Source: a virus. Taken from it: 64,000 nucleotides of DNA. Position numbers and translations under genes: made by a program. Each line of letters opens with the position of its first letter. Positions within the stretch are counted from its first letter, which is position 1. The DNA lies in IMG/VR virus record IMGVR_UViG_3300020477_000014, positions 125,713-189,712 of that record. One strand, given 5' to 3'. The notes under the pieces are model-generated. The model worked only from the letters and a program-made list of their open reading frames with translations. It was not told the origin of the DNA and searched no databases. This document shows positions 56,265 through 63,936 of this stretch, piece after piece.

Positions 56265-56576
56265 GTGTCTCAACGAGATTTTCGTCTGTCGTTAGAAGAA
56301 ATGTGCGAACAATTTCATCACCTGTCGCACACCCACACAGATGCTACACATAGAGTTTATTATCAGTTATATTATGAAATTGTTTGTGGGTACTTAGTAA
56401 CCGATCGAGATTTGCGACCTTTGATTGCCAACATGGTAAAACAAATAGACGTGCGTGTACCATGGGCTCACGGCGCAGAACATGAAGTCCTTCATCATGT
56501 TAGAGAAGTGTTGTTATTAGTTATGGAAAAAGATCCCTTAACTAAGCAAATAGCTGTAAATTCGCCTATTTATTAG
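56265..56576 (+). CDS. Hypothetical protein
   Basis: RBS AGGAG, GTG start. Confidence 0.55.
   Translation: MSQRDFRLSLEEMCEQFHHLSHTHTDATHRVYYQLYYEIVCGYLVTDRDLRPLIANMVKQIDVRVPWAHGAEHEVLHHVREVLLLVMEKDPLTKQIAVNSPIY
56565..56572 (+). promoter_or_regulatory. Putative late promoter motif CCTATTTA
   Basis: Variant of ACTATTTA upstream of the 56595 gene. Confidence 0.4.
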
Positions 56577-56594
56577 TAAATAAGGAAGTATTTT

Positions 56595-57791
56595 ATGCCA
56601 TTTTCACCAAACATTGATTGGCTCAAGGCGATGTTGAGTAGGTTTTTCCAAATTAACCAGTCTGGCAGTCCCACTACTCCCGCTCCTTGGACCCCATTAA
56701 AGTGGCGGTGGCGTAGCATAACTGGAGTGGTGTCGAGTGGACCAAAAAAGGGACAAACTGTCGCCTTAGTATCCGGTTCGGAAGTACCGGGATATGGCGG
56801 CCCCTATAACGAACTTACCGTGCGAAATAGCGTATTGAAGTGGGTGCCTCCCACTGACTATTCCTATAAATTTGGCGGTGGAAACCCATGGGACCCAGAT
56901 AACACCGCTTATAAGATTACATCTAAGTATCAGCACTCCAATTTAACCATTGATCGTTACGGTCGCATCTATATGGGTACAAACCAAGCGCTAAGTGGCG
57001 GCTATCCCGCCGGGACTTCATGGCAGTGGGACCGCTTGTGGACTAACGCCCAACGTCATGCTCATGGGGATTATTTATCTCAATGGGTAAATATTGAAGG
57101 TGGTGATGTTTCGGTTACAGAAGACGAAAACGGCAGAGGGGGCATCATCCAGTGCGCTCGAAACCAGCAGTATATTTTCAAAGATTCGACAACGGGTGGA
57201 CTCATACAGTTCAAAAAGGGTCGCGGTAATCATTTCGATAATCTTTCACACACCACGTTGCAGACCGGGGATTATGTAGGCTCTATCACATATGATGCCG
57301 CTTACACGCCGCAAGGTCGAAAGATGACACATACTAATAATAGTTGGACGGGATCTTACCGGCAGACTGATCGGGAGGTGGGGCGGTTCGATCTTCATAT
57401 GCCTAATAAGTTCGGGGGAACAGTGGACTATTCCCATCTTTCCATGACGGAATACGAAAACTGGCAAGCTCCCAGCGAGTTTCTTTTTACGATTGCGAGT
57501 GCCTCAAATGTGGGATGGAATGGGGCGACGTATCCAGATGCGGGATGGGATGATGGGACATGGGATGAGAGAATGGCAGATGTGCCGGTTCTGTGGCTTA
57601 ATCAAGATGGGGTTCAAATGTATACCCCCACACACCCTCCATCGGGAAGTACGCCGGGTGATCGTGTGATGGCTCAGACATCGAGCACTTTTTTCTTGGA
57701 TGAAGTAGCCAACGAACTTAAAGTTGCAGTAAGAAAAAGCAACGGAGATTATTTAACCGGAACCGTGGCCTCATTGAGTCCATGGACATAA
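56595..57791 (+). CDS. Putative virion / tail fibre-associated protein
   Basis: G/T/S/W-rich beta composition; C-terminal FFLDE..NELKVAVRKSNG..TGTVASL resembles tailspike C-terminal modules. Confidence 0.4.
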   Translation: MPFSPNIDWLKAMLSRFFQINQSGSPTTPAPWTPLKWRWRSITGVVSSGPKKGQTVALVSGSEVPGYGGPYNELTVRNSVLKWVPPTDYSYKFGGGNPWDPDNTAYKITSKYQHSNLTIDRYGRIYMGTNQALSGGYPAGTSWQWDRLWTNAQRHAHGDYLSQWVNIEGGDVSVTEDENGRGGIIQCARNQQYIFKDSTTGGLIQFKKGRGNHFDNLSHTTLQTGDYVGSITYDAAYTPQGRKMTHTNNSWTGSYRQTDREVGRFDLHMPNKFGGTVDYSHLSMTEYENWQAPSEFLFTIASASNVGWNGATYPDAGWDDGTWDERMADVPVLWLNQDGVQMYTPTHPPSGSTPGDRVMAQTSSTFFLDEVANELKVAVRKSNGDYLTGTVASLSPWT

Positions 57792-57805
57792 GCTGGGGGA
57801 TTTTA

Positions 57806-58099
57806 ATGCCAAAAAAAACACAAACAAATCGTCTTGTTAAGATTACCGGCAATATGTTGGGGTTTTATAATGGAACCAGTGGCGAAGCCAAACGTATTGA
57901 GGCAGAGAGTTTAATCTGCATTGACATATCTACAAACGACAATTACCCAAACGCACCCAGCTTGGTGATACACCCTAAGCATGGCAAGTGTTGGTATATT
58001 GATAGCGACTTTTGTCATTATGAATACCTGGATGATGATCATCAGCATGTTGGCGACAGTACAGATCGCACCAAGGAGTGCAATCATTCCGGTCGTTAG
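57806..58099 (+). CDS. Hypothetical protein
   Basis: RBS GGGGA; coupled ORF. Confidence 0.55.
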   Translation: MPKKTQTNRLVKITGNMLGFYNGTSGEAKRIEAESLICIDISTNDNYPNAPSLVIHPKHGKCWYIDSDFCHYEYLDDDHQHVGDSTDRTKECNHSGR

Positions 58100-58109
58100 G
58101 GGTGGTAAT

Positions 58110-58304
58110 ATTCGAGTAGGCGACTTAGTAGTATTGTTGTCTCCATGGAAGGAAGAGATGGGGATCGCTAAAGTTGTAACGCATGTTTATGAGAATTTGG
58201 ATATAAATGGAATGCGCCGGATTTACGTAGGCTTGGATGGCGAAAACAGATCGTGGGATGCCGAATATGTGCGTGTAATAAGTTCGGTTAAAAAAAATCA
58301 ATAA
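58110..58304 (+). CDS. SH3/KOW-like small protein, possible ATT start
   Basis: (I)RVGDLVVLL...MGIAKV...VRVIS; SD-like GGGGTGGT just upstream of ATT. Confidence 0.5.
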   Translation: MRVGDLVVLLSPWKEEMGIAKVVTHVYENLDINGMRRIYVGLDGENRSWDAEYVRVISSVKKNQ

Positions 58305-58370
58305 ATTTGTTGACATTTTTCATAGACATGTTATATTTATAGGTTCTATTCATACAAAAAGGAGCTAAAA

Positions 58371-58508
58371 ATGGATAATATTATTAAAATTGTGGTTTTT
58401 TTAACCGCACTAAGTGGAGCATACTTTGCGGGCAACAAATCATCGCGACCCTTTGCTGTGGTTATTCCATTGGTCGATGACGTTGAAATTGAATCCGCAG
58501 AAAAATAA
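58371..58508 (+). CDS. Small membrane protein (45 aa; not in the ORF track)
   Basis: Promoter TTGACA..TATATT, RBS AAGGAG, TM segment IIKIVVFLTALSGAYFAG. Confidence 0.6.
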   Translation: MDNIIKIVVFLTALSGAYFAGNKSSRPFAVVIPLVDDVEIESAEK

Positions 58509-58575
58509 ATTATTTTCTTGACAAAACTATACAAACGAGATACATTATATACAAACGCTATAGTTAGGGGAAGAT

Positions 58576-58914
58576 ATGGCATACAAACAAAATTGGAATC
58601 CCGAAGGGAAGGGAACTAAAAAAGAAGTAATGGCATCTTTATACAAGGATGCAGTAGAGTGGACGGATAATAATTTTATTGTAACTTTTGAAAGTGACGA
58701 TGGTGGGGCGCATTTTGTTTTACATATTGAAAGAAATGCTGATGACTCGACCGGTCTGAAGGGTCGCCCTCCGTTTAATAAATACATGGGGTGGAGGGTT
58801 TTATTTTTGAATGTACCCGAAGGATATTTGGGAGCTTTTTATAATGAAGATGGTACCAAAAGAAAAATAAAGACACGCGACGAGTGGGATAGCGAAGGAG
58901 AACATGGAAAATGA
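58576..58914 (+). CDS. Hypothetical protein
   Basis: Own promoter (TTGACA..TACATT) and RBS. Confidence 0.6.
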   Translation: MAYKQNWNPEGKGTKKEVMASLYKDAVEWTDNNFIVTFESDDGGAHFVLHIERNADDSTGLKGRPPFNKYMGWRVLFLNVPEGYLGAFYNEDGTKRKIKTRDEWDSEGEHGK

Positions 58915-59111
58915 GTAAACAAAAGAAATTAGTTTCTTTATTGGGTCCGAAGGATCATGATACGCCGCTGGAGCGGGTATTGAAACGTCCTCAAAGATTA
59001 TTTATTTCATTGGTAGCGCATAAAGAAATAAACGACCCAAAAAAAAGAACAGTTCCGGTGGAAGAGACGCTGGAATACATAGCAGAAAACTTTGAACCTG
59101 GAGAATCATAA
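58911..59111 (+). CDS. Hypothetical protein
   Basis: ATGA overlap. Confidence 0.5.
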   Translation: MSKQKKLVSLLGPKDHDTPLERVLKRPQRLFISLVAHKEINDPKKRTVPVEETLEYIAENFEPGES

Positions 59112-59135
59112 AATAATTTTATTCATTTATTGCTT

Positions 59136-59282
59136 GGAGTCTGTGGGGAAACGAACTGCTAACCTTAGTGCTCACCCCACAAATAACGAGGTTTCAACGC
59201 CACAGACGAAACCGGGACACGAAGTCCGAATTAAAGGGGTGGCTGGCGAGAGGTGACGCGGCAAGGACGGCGACCAGACTTT
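59136..59282 (+). ncRNA. Candidate structured non-coding RNA
   Basis: GC-rich island in an AT-rich gap, with many complementary segments (see findings). Confidence 0.45.
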
Positions 59283-59314
59283 AAGTTAATGAATGTTTTT
59301 ATGATTAAAAATAA

Positions 59315-59530
59315 ATGAAAATTGGTGATTTAGTAAAATTAAATATAACTCAAGACAAAGTACCCGGCGCGTTGACGGCGGTTAAGTATGTTATGGCACT
59401 GGAAAAACAGTTTGGTGGCAATGTTGGGTTGGTTGTGGAAACACCGGGGGATTATGTTGTCGTGCGTTTTCCTACGGGCTTAAAGATGATAGAAAAAAAG
59501 TTTTTGGAGCAAATCAATGAATGTGGGTGA
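59315..59530 (+). CDS. SH3/KOW-like array member
   Basis: MKIGDLVKL...VGLVV...VVVRF...FLEQIN. Confidence 0.7.
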   Translation: MKIGDLVKLNITQDKVPGALTAVKYVMALEKQFGGNVGLVVETPGDYVVVRFPTGLKMIEKKFLEQINECG

Positions 59531-59702
59531 CTTAATAAGAACCAAAGCATATAGCAATAATACAAAAAAATATAGTTATGGTGTTATTGTTTCAGTTCTT
59601 GCTCCCGCCTTCATATGTGTATTGATGTATGGAGGCATATATAAAGGAAGACATTTATATTTGCGCGGGCATGATTTGGTTGATACGGAGGTATTAGGAT
59701 GA
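59517..59702 (+). CDS. SH3/KOW-like array member
   Basis: MNVGDLIRT...YGVIV...TEVLG. Confidence 0.7.
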   Translation: MNVGDLIRTKAYSNNTKKYSYGVIVSVLAPAFICVLMYGGIYKGRHLYLRGHDLVDTEVLG

Positions 59703-59932
59703 AGATAGGCGATCTGGTAATGCTGTCGGCTCACGGTCGCACCCTAACGATGATGCAGCATCGAAAAAATAAAGCCGGTATCATTGTTAGCAAAAAGGAG
59801 TGCGTTAAGGGTTATTCATATGCAGTTCGATGGTTTTCTGCTGAAAAACCTGATGATGGGTTTATATACCATAGACGGGACTTAAAATATGCCCGCAAAG
59901 GAGGGAGAAATGAAACGCGGCGATCTGGTTAA
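59699..59932 (+). CDS. SH3/KOW-like array member
   Basis: MKIGDLVML...AGIIV...YAVRW...RDLK. Confidence 0.7.
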   Translation: MKIGDLVMLSAHGRTLTMMQHRKNKAGIIVSKKECVKGYSYAVRWFSAEKPDDGFIYHRRDLKYARKGGRNETRRSG

Positions 59933-60101
59933 AGTGAGAGCGGAAAAAATTCCTTCTCGGTGTACTCGATTGGGTGTGGTGGTAAAGATGCGTATGCGTT
60001 CCCCGCGAAATCAAAATATCACTTTTCATGCGCTTGTTAAGTGGATGAATGGTAATATGTCTTATATGCCTCAATTAAAATTAGAGGTGATAAGTGGGTG
60101 A
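59910..60101 (+). CDS. SH3/KOW-like array member
   Basis: MKRGDLVKV...LGVVV...ALVKW...LEVISG. Confidence 0.7.
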   Translation: MKRGDLVKVRAEKIPSRCTRLGVVVKMRMRSPRNQNITFHALVKWMNGNMSYMPQLKLEVISG

Positions 60102-60289
60102 AGGTGGGCGATTTGGTTCGAGACTGCGACGGGATCTTAGGGATCGTCACAGATTTGGAAATGTATTTTGAGCTAATAGAGGACGACGATCAGGTGATTA
60201 CTGTTCATCTTGTTACCGTTTACACTTTCGCGGAAAGAGAAGAATTGATTTTTTTTCATAATGAATTAGAGGTTCTACACCACGTTTGA
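60098..60289 (+). CDS. SH3/KOW-like array member
   Basis: VKVGDLVRD...LGIVT...ELEVL. Confidence 0.7.
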   Translation: MKVGDLVRDCDGILGIVTDLEMYFELIEDDDQVITVHLVTVYTFAEREELIFFHNELEVLHHV

Positions 60290-60340
60290 CATTCTCTTGA
60301 CAGCCGATTCCTTGACACTCCCCTTTCGATGTGATACATT
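60286..60340 (+). promoter_or_regulatory. Triple-TTGACA promoter module
   Basis: TTGACA at 60286, 60297 and 60312; TACATT 17 nt after the last. Confidence 0.75.
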
Positions 60341-60360
60341 GTATATAGCGGGAGTTTTTT

Positions 60361-60639
60361 ATGACATTACATGCTCGATTCGGTGAGATAAATATAGGGG
60401 GTTTGGTGTGGTACTGGTGCTTTCGAGATTCCAAACGCAAACCCGGCATCGTCTTAAACTATGAAGTGGGCGATCAGTCGGCTTACACATTTGTTTTGGT
60501 TCAGACTCATCCCCCCAATTATAGCCAATGGTTTAAGGCTCGTTCGTTGCTGCTTACTAAGGATCAGATTGATAAAGAGGCTGAAAGTGATGGTGCAAAG
60601 AACAATCGCCGCCGCATTGTGAGAGAGGGGGTTGTATGA
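60361..60639 (+). CDS. SH3/KOW-like array member
   Basis: INIGGLVWY...PGIVL...VLVQ...WFKARSL. Confidence 0.6.
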   Translation: MTLHARFGEINIGGLVWYWCFRDSKRKPGIVLNYEVGDQSAYTFVLVQTHPPNYSQWFKARSLLLTKDQIDKEAESDGAKNNRRRIVREGVV

Positions 60640-60830
60640 GCCGTCACACGTTTAAGCCCGGCGATCTTATTCAATGGACCGATCACGCCGATGACCGCAA
60701 GTTCGTCGGTATCTATTTGCGTCCTAACCCGCAATCTCGCTACACTACATGGGCTGACATTATAGTCCTCTGCAATGGCGGTGAGGTTGAATGGGTTTCG
60801 TGGCAGTGCGAGCTTGTCAATGGTTCTTGA
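60636..60830 (+). CDS. SH3/KOW-like array member
   Basis: FKPGDLIQW...VGIYL...CELVN. Confidence 0.7.
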   Translation: MSRHTFKPGDLIQWTDHADDRKFVGIYLRPNPQSRYTTWADIIVLCNGGEVEWVSWQCELVNGS

Positions 60831-60881
60831 CATTTTGTTGACAGTCTTTTTGTTGACAGTCTTGTACTGGCATGATACATT
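60827..60881 (+). promoter_or_regulatory. Triple-TTGACA promoter module
   Basis: TTGACA at 60827, 60838 and 60853; TACATT at 60876. Confidence 0.75.
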
Positions 60882-60912
60882 ATATACATACCTCAGAGAT
60901 AGGAGTTTTTTC

Positions 60913-61263
60913 ATGGGTTATCGTTCAGAAGTTCTTTTAATCGTTGGCAAGGAAGCTATGCCGCTGTTTCTTACTACACTGGCGAGAGTACCAAAAGCCA
61001 GGGAATTGTGCTTCGTGCATCGTGATCATTTTGAAAAAGATTACGAAGAAGTGGGATCGATGCTGTTCAACTGGTCATGGTTAAAGTGGTACGATAGCTA
61101 TGAGGATATTCGAGCTATCGAGGATTTTATGAGTCAGTGCGATGATGAAGACTTGGACGGACATTATCGCTTCGTTCGCATGGGGGAAGAAGCCCAGGAC
61201 GTTGAAGAACGGGGTGATTTCGCATGGGGCGCAGCAGGTGTTCGCCGCGCCCTGGAGTGGTAG
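60913..61263 (+). CDS. Hypothetical phage protein
   Basis: MGYRSEV...KWYDSYEDI...FVRMGEE..DVE; RBS AGGAG. Confidence 0.65.
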   Translation: MGYRSEVLLIVGKEAMPLFLTTLARVPKARELCFVHRDHFEKDYEEVGSMLFNWSWLKWYDSYEDIRAIEDFMSQCDDEDLDGHYRFVRMGEEAQDVEERGDFAWGAAGVRRALEW

Positions 61264-61295
61264 ACATTTTAACTATAACAATAAAGAAGGCAGTT

Positions 61296-61691
61296 ATGCA
61301 CACACAAATTGAAGATATAAATAAGCAAATAAAAGAAATCAATACGATCATAGGCGATAGTCCTAAGCTCACAAAAGACGAATGGCACAAACTTCGCCTG
61401 CGGCATGGATGTGTTCGCGATCCTCATCCGTTAGAGGCGAAGTTGGATTTGTTGACAGAAAGGCGAAGAGAGTTAGGTATAAAAGTTGAAAATCAACGAA
61501 TAATTGATGAAGAAGCGGCAAGAATAGAAGATGAAAACAGAACCAGAAGACAAGAGCATACTCAAAAAATGATCCATCGCCAGCGTATGAACGAGATTGA
61601 GGATCGAATTCCAACTTATATTGATGGAATTTACTGGCAAGAACACCCTGATCACATAGATGATTGGTATGATTTCGATGAGTATGATTGA
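61296..61691 (+). CDS. Hypothetical coiled-coil protein
   Basis: RBS GAAGG. Confidence 0.55.
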   Translation: MHTQIEDINKQIKEINTIIGDSPKLTKDEWHKLRLRHGCVRDPHPLEAKLDLLTERRRELGIKVENQRIIDEEAARIEDENRTRRQEHTQKMIHRQRMNEIEDRIPTYIDGIYWQEHPDHIDDWYDFDEYD

Positions 61692-61742
61692 CATTTTCTT
61701 GACAATTTTTTCCTTGCTAAAATTTTTTTCTTATGCTATAAT
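61688..61742 (+). promoter_or_regulatory. Triple -35-like promoter module
   Basis: TTGACA at 61688 and 61699, TTGCTA at 61714; TATAAT at 61737. Confidence 0.75.
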
Positions 61743-61768
61743 GTATATACAAATTAGGAGTACAAACA

Positions 61769-62104
61769 ATGAATATATGGGTAGTATCATCATACTATGA
61801 GAGCGAATTATACGCTTCCACACACTTAACGAAAAAAGGCGCATACCTTCAAGCTGTTACAGAGTTATACGAATGTATGAACATAGACAACTTTGAGACA
61901 ATGGAAGAGTTTTGGGAAGAATATGGCTTTGGAGAAGATGACGATAAGCCCGAGTGGTGTCCTTATGATCTTGAAATGCTGCGGGCATTGAGTAGCGAAC
62001 AATTATGTGACCAATATGGAGAAATGTGTGAAATTTATTGGGAGATTTACGATTGGGGTGATCGAGTAGAGTTAGAAGTAATCCACACAAGGGTAGCAGC
62101 ATGA
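61769..62104 (+). CDS. Acidic hypothetical protein, tandem paralogue 1
   Basis: Shares YES...ASTHLT.KGAYL.AV...QY.EMCE.YW...RV..EV.HT.VAA with the next gene. Confidence 0.7.
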   Translation: MNIWVVSSYYESELYASTHLTKKGAYLQAVTELYECMNIDNFETMEEFWEEYGFGEDDDKPEWCPYDLEMLRALSSEQLCDQYGEMCEIYWEIYDWGDRVELEVIHTRVAA

Positions 62105-62439
62105 AAATTTATGTAGTAGCAACATGTTATGAGAGCGACATTTGTGCCAGCACACACTTAACGCGAAAAGGTGCATACCTTAGAGCCGTTGAGTCCTTGT
62201 GGGAATTCATGGGCGCAGACGCATGTGAAGACATGGAAGACTTCTGGCGTAATCGAATGGGTTATGATGGTGAGGATGATGAGATTCCCAAGTGGGAATG
62301 GGACTACAAAATCCTCCGCACCCTAAGCGCAGACGCACTATCGGAACAATACGCTGAAATGTGTGAGTTCTATTGGGATGCCTACGCATACGAAAGCAGG
62401 GTAGACATAGAAGTATGTCATACAACGGTAGCAGCATGA
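62101..62439 (+). CDS. Acidic hypothetical protein, tandem paralogue 2
   Basis: Same shared blocks as the previous gene. Confidence 0.7.
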   Translation: MKIYVVATCYESDICASTHLTRKGAYLRAVESLWEFMGADACEDMEDFWRNRMGYDGEDDEIPKWEWDYKILRTLSADALSEQYAEMCEFYWDAYAYESRVDIEVCHTTVAA

Positions 62440-62609
62440 AAGTCGGTAGCTTAGTACAATGGTCAGGTCATGGCACCTTTTCGCGCCTGGGAATCATTAT
62501 TAAGATACAAGATCCAGACCATAATAATGGTGCGCACGTTCTTGTAGATTTCAATCCTCAGTGGGACGTTAGGCGATGGTTTTGCCCAAGAGAGTTGAGG
62601 ATATTATGA
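62436..62609 (+). CDS. SH3/KOW-like array member
   Basis: MKVGSLVQW...LGIII...VLVDF...RELRIL. Confidence 0.7.
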   Translation: MKVGSLVQWSGHGTFSRLGIIIKIQDPDHNNGAHVLVDFNPQWDVRRWFCPRELRIL

Positions 62610-62794
62610 AAGTAGGTGATCTAATAACCAGTAACACGCGGTATAAAGGTGAGGTGATGCTTGTGACAGATGTTCGCACTCTGAGCGATTTGTTCGGTGC
62701 TTTTCAACAAATTCGTGCCGTTAGCTTGCATACCGGCGTTAAAACTCGCTGGTGTAACTCAAAAACATGGAAGGTGGTCAGTGAAGGTCGGTGA
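62606..62794 (+). CDS. SH3/KOW-like array member
   Basis: MKVGDLITS...MLVTD...WKVVS. Confidence 0.7.
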   Translation: MKVGDLITSNTRYKGEVMLVTDVRTLSDLFGAFQQIRAVSLHTGVKTRWCNSKTWKVVSEGR

Positions 62795-62972
62795 CTTGGT
62801 TAGGTCTTTGATAACAGACGAGGTTCATGGGATTATTGTGGAGGCTTATGACACTCCCAAGGGACAATGGAAGGTCTACTGGTGGGGGTTTGATGATGGG
62901 ACTGCTGTGCAGTTGTGCCATGAGTCACACATGGAGGTGATAGGTGAAAGTGGGCGATCTGGTAAGAGTTAA
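62781..62972 (+). CDS. SH3/KOW-like array member
   Basis: VKVGDLVRS...HGIIV...WKVYW...MEVIG. Confidence 0.7.
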   Translation: MKVGDLVRSLITDEVHGIIVEAYDTPKGQWKVYWWGFDDGTAVQLCHESHMEVIGESGRSGKS

Positions 62973-63129
62973 AGATGGTGTACCTCACAAGGGAAACTAT
63001 AAATTAGGGATCATCATGTCGATCTATGGAGAGGGGGCAAGTCATTGCTGGGTGCGTTGGAAAAGCTGGCCAGAAAACGATAAGTGGATGTGTATCCGTG
63101 ATTTGGAGGTGATAAGTGAAGGTGGGTGA
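62944..63129 (+). CDS. SH3/KOW-like array member
   Basis: VKVGDLVRV...LGIIM...WVRW...DLEVIS. Confidence 0.7.
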   Translation: MKVGDLVRVKDGVPHKGNYKLGIIMSIYGEGASHCWVRWKSWPENDKWMCIRDLEVISEGG

Positions 63130-63304
63130 TTTGGTAAAGATCCATGACATAGAAACCAGTGCCATCGGCATTGTAATAATGCCGTTGCCGATTTATTGGG
63201 AATCTTCTGTCCACGATCCATGGTGGCTTGTGGAGTTCTATACGTTGGGTTATGATCACGAATGTAAAGAGAGCGAATTGGTGGTGATAAGTGCAAGCAA
63301 GTGA
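63116..63304 (+). CDS. SH3/KOW-like array member
   Basis: VKVGDLVKI...IGIVI...WLVEF...ELVVIS. Confidence 0.7.
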   Translation: MKVGDLVKIHDIETSAIGIVIMPLPIYWESSVHDPWWLVEFYTLGYDHECKESELVVISASK

Positions 63305-63503
63305 TTTGAAAGTAGGTGATTTAATCAAGTGTAAGAATCCTAACGAACGCTTTCATTCGGTTGGTATTGTTGTCAAAATAACGCGACCCACCAAAATACC
63401 CGCCGAAACCGCTACGTGGGCATGGATACAATGGCACGATGGACACCGAACATGGGAAGAAATGGAGTGCTCATTAGAGTATAACTTTGAGGTGATAAGA
63501 TGA
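63291..63503 (+). CDS. SH3/KOW-like array member
   Basis: LKVGDLIKC...VGIVV...AWIQW...FEVIR. Confidence 0.7.
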   Translation: MQASDLKVGDLIKCKNPNERFHSVGIVVKITRPTKIPAETATWAWIQWHDGHRTWEEMECSLEYNFEVIR

Positions 63504-63694
63504 AAATAGGTGATTTAGTTACAGTCACAGGGGGCCTATCGGGAACCGTTCATAAAGAATCAATTGGTATGATTATGCGATGGGGGCAAGGGGCTAACAG
63601 TCATGGCGTGTGGGTCAAATGGATGAAGTTAGGCGACCTATCCACCGATCATGAACGATGGCACCCTACCGTATTCTTAGAAAAAGTTTGTTGA
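63500..63694 (+). CDS. SH3/KOW-like array member
   Basis: MKIGDLVTV...IGMIM...VWVKW...FLEKV. Confidence 0.7.
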   Translation: MKIGDLVTVTGGLSGTVHKESIGMIMRWGQGANSHGVWVKWMKLGDLSTDHERWHPTVFLEKVC

Positions 63695-63744
63695 CATTTT
63701 CTTGACACAAAAAAGTTGACAAACCCCACAGGATCGGATAAATT
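63691..63744 (+). promoter_or_regulatory. Triple-TTGACA promoter module
   Basis: TTGACA at 63691, 63702 and 63716; TAAATT at 63739. Confidence 0.7.
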
Positions 63745-63768
63745 ATATATAGAACCCAGGAGTAATAA

Positions 63769-63936
63769 GTGAATCGTTATATGTACCGACTTGGAGCCAT
63801 CGTTAAATATGATACCGGCGAGTATGCCATGGTGATCGACGTTGATCATGAAATGGGACTCTACGCTATCCGCTTCCTTTCGGATGAAGAGGAAATGTGG
63901 GGCGTGGTCCATGGCGAGTTAGAGGTAGTAGCATGA
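63769..63936 (+). CDS. SH3/KOW-like array member (55 aa; not in the ORF track)
   Basis: RBS AGGAG; VNRYMYRLGAIVKY...YAMVI...YAIRF...ELEVVA. Confidence 0.65.
   Translation: MNRYMYRLGAIVKYDTGEYAMVIDVDHEMGLYAIRFLSDEEEMWGVVHGELEVVA

Noticed and set aside
59132-59213. Hammerhead-like GACGAAAC and HDV/theta-like GG-hairpin-CGAAT resemblance in the candidate ncRNA
   Set aside because: The CUGANGA core is absent (GCTTGGA), and there is no room for the P2/P3/L3 elements an HDV fold needs.
59190-59230. RNase P-like words (GCCACAG, GAAGTCCG)
   Set aside because: The conserved regions are in the wrong order and the element is too short.
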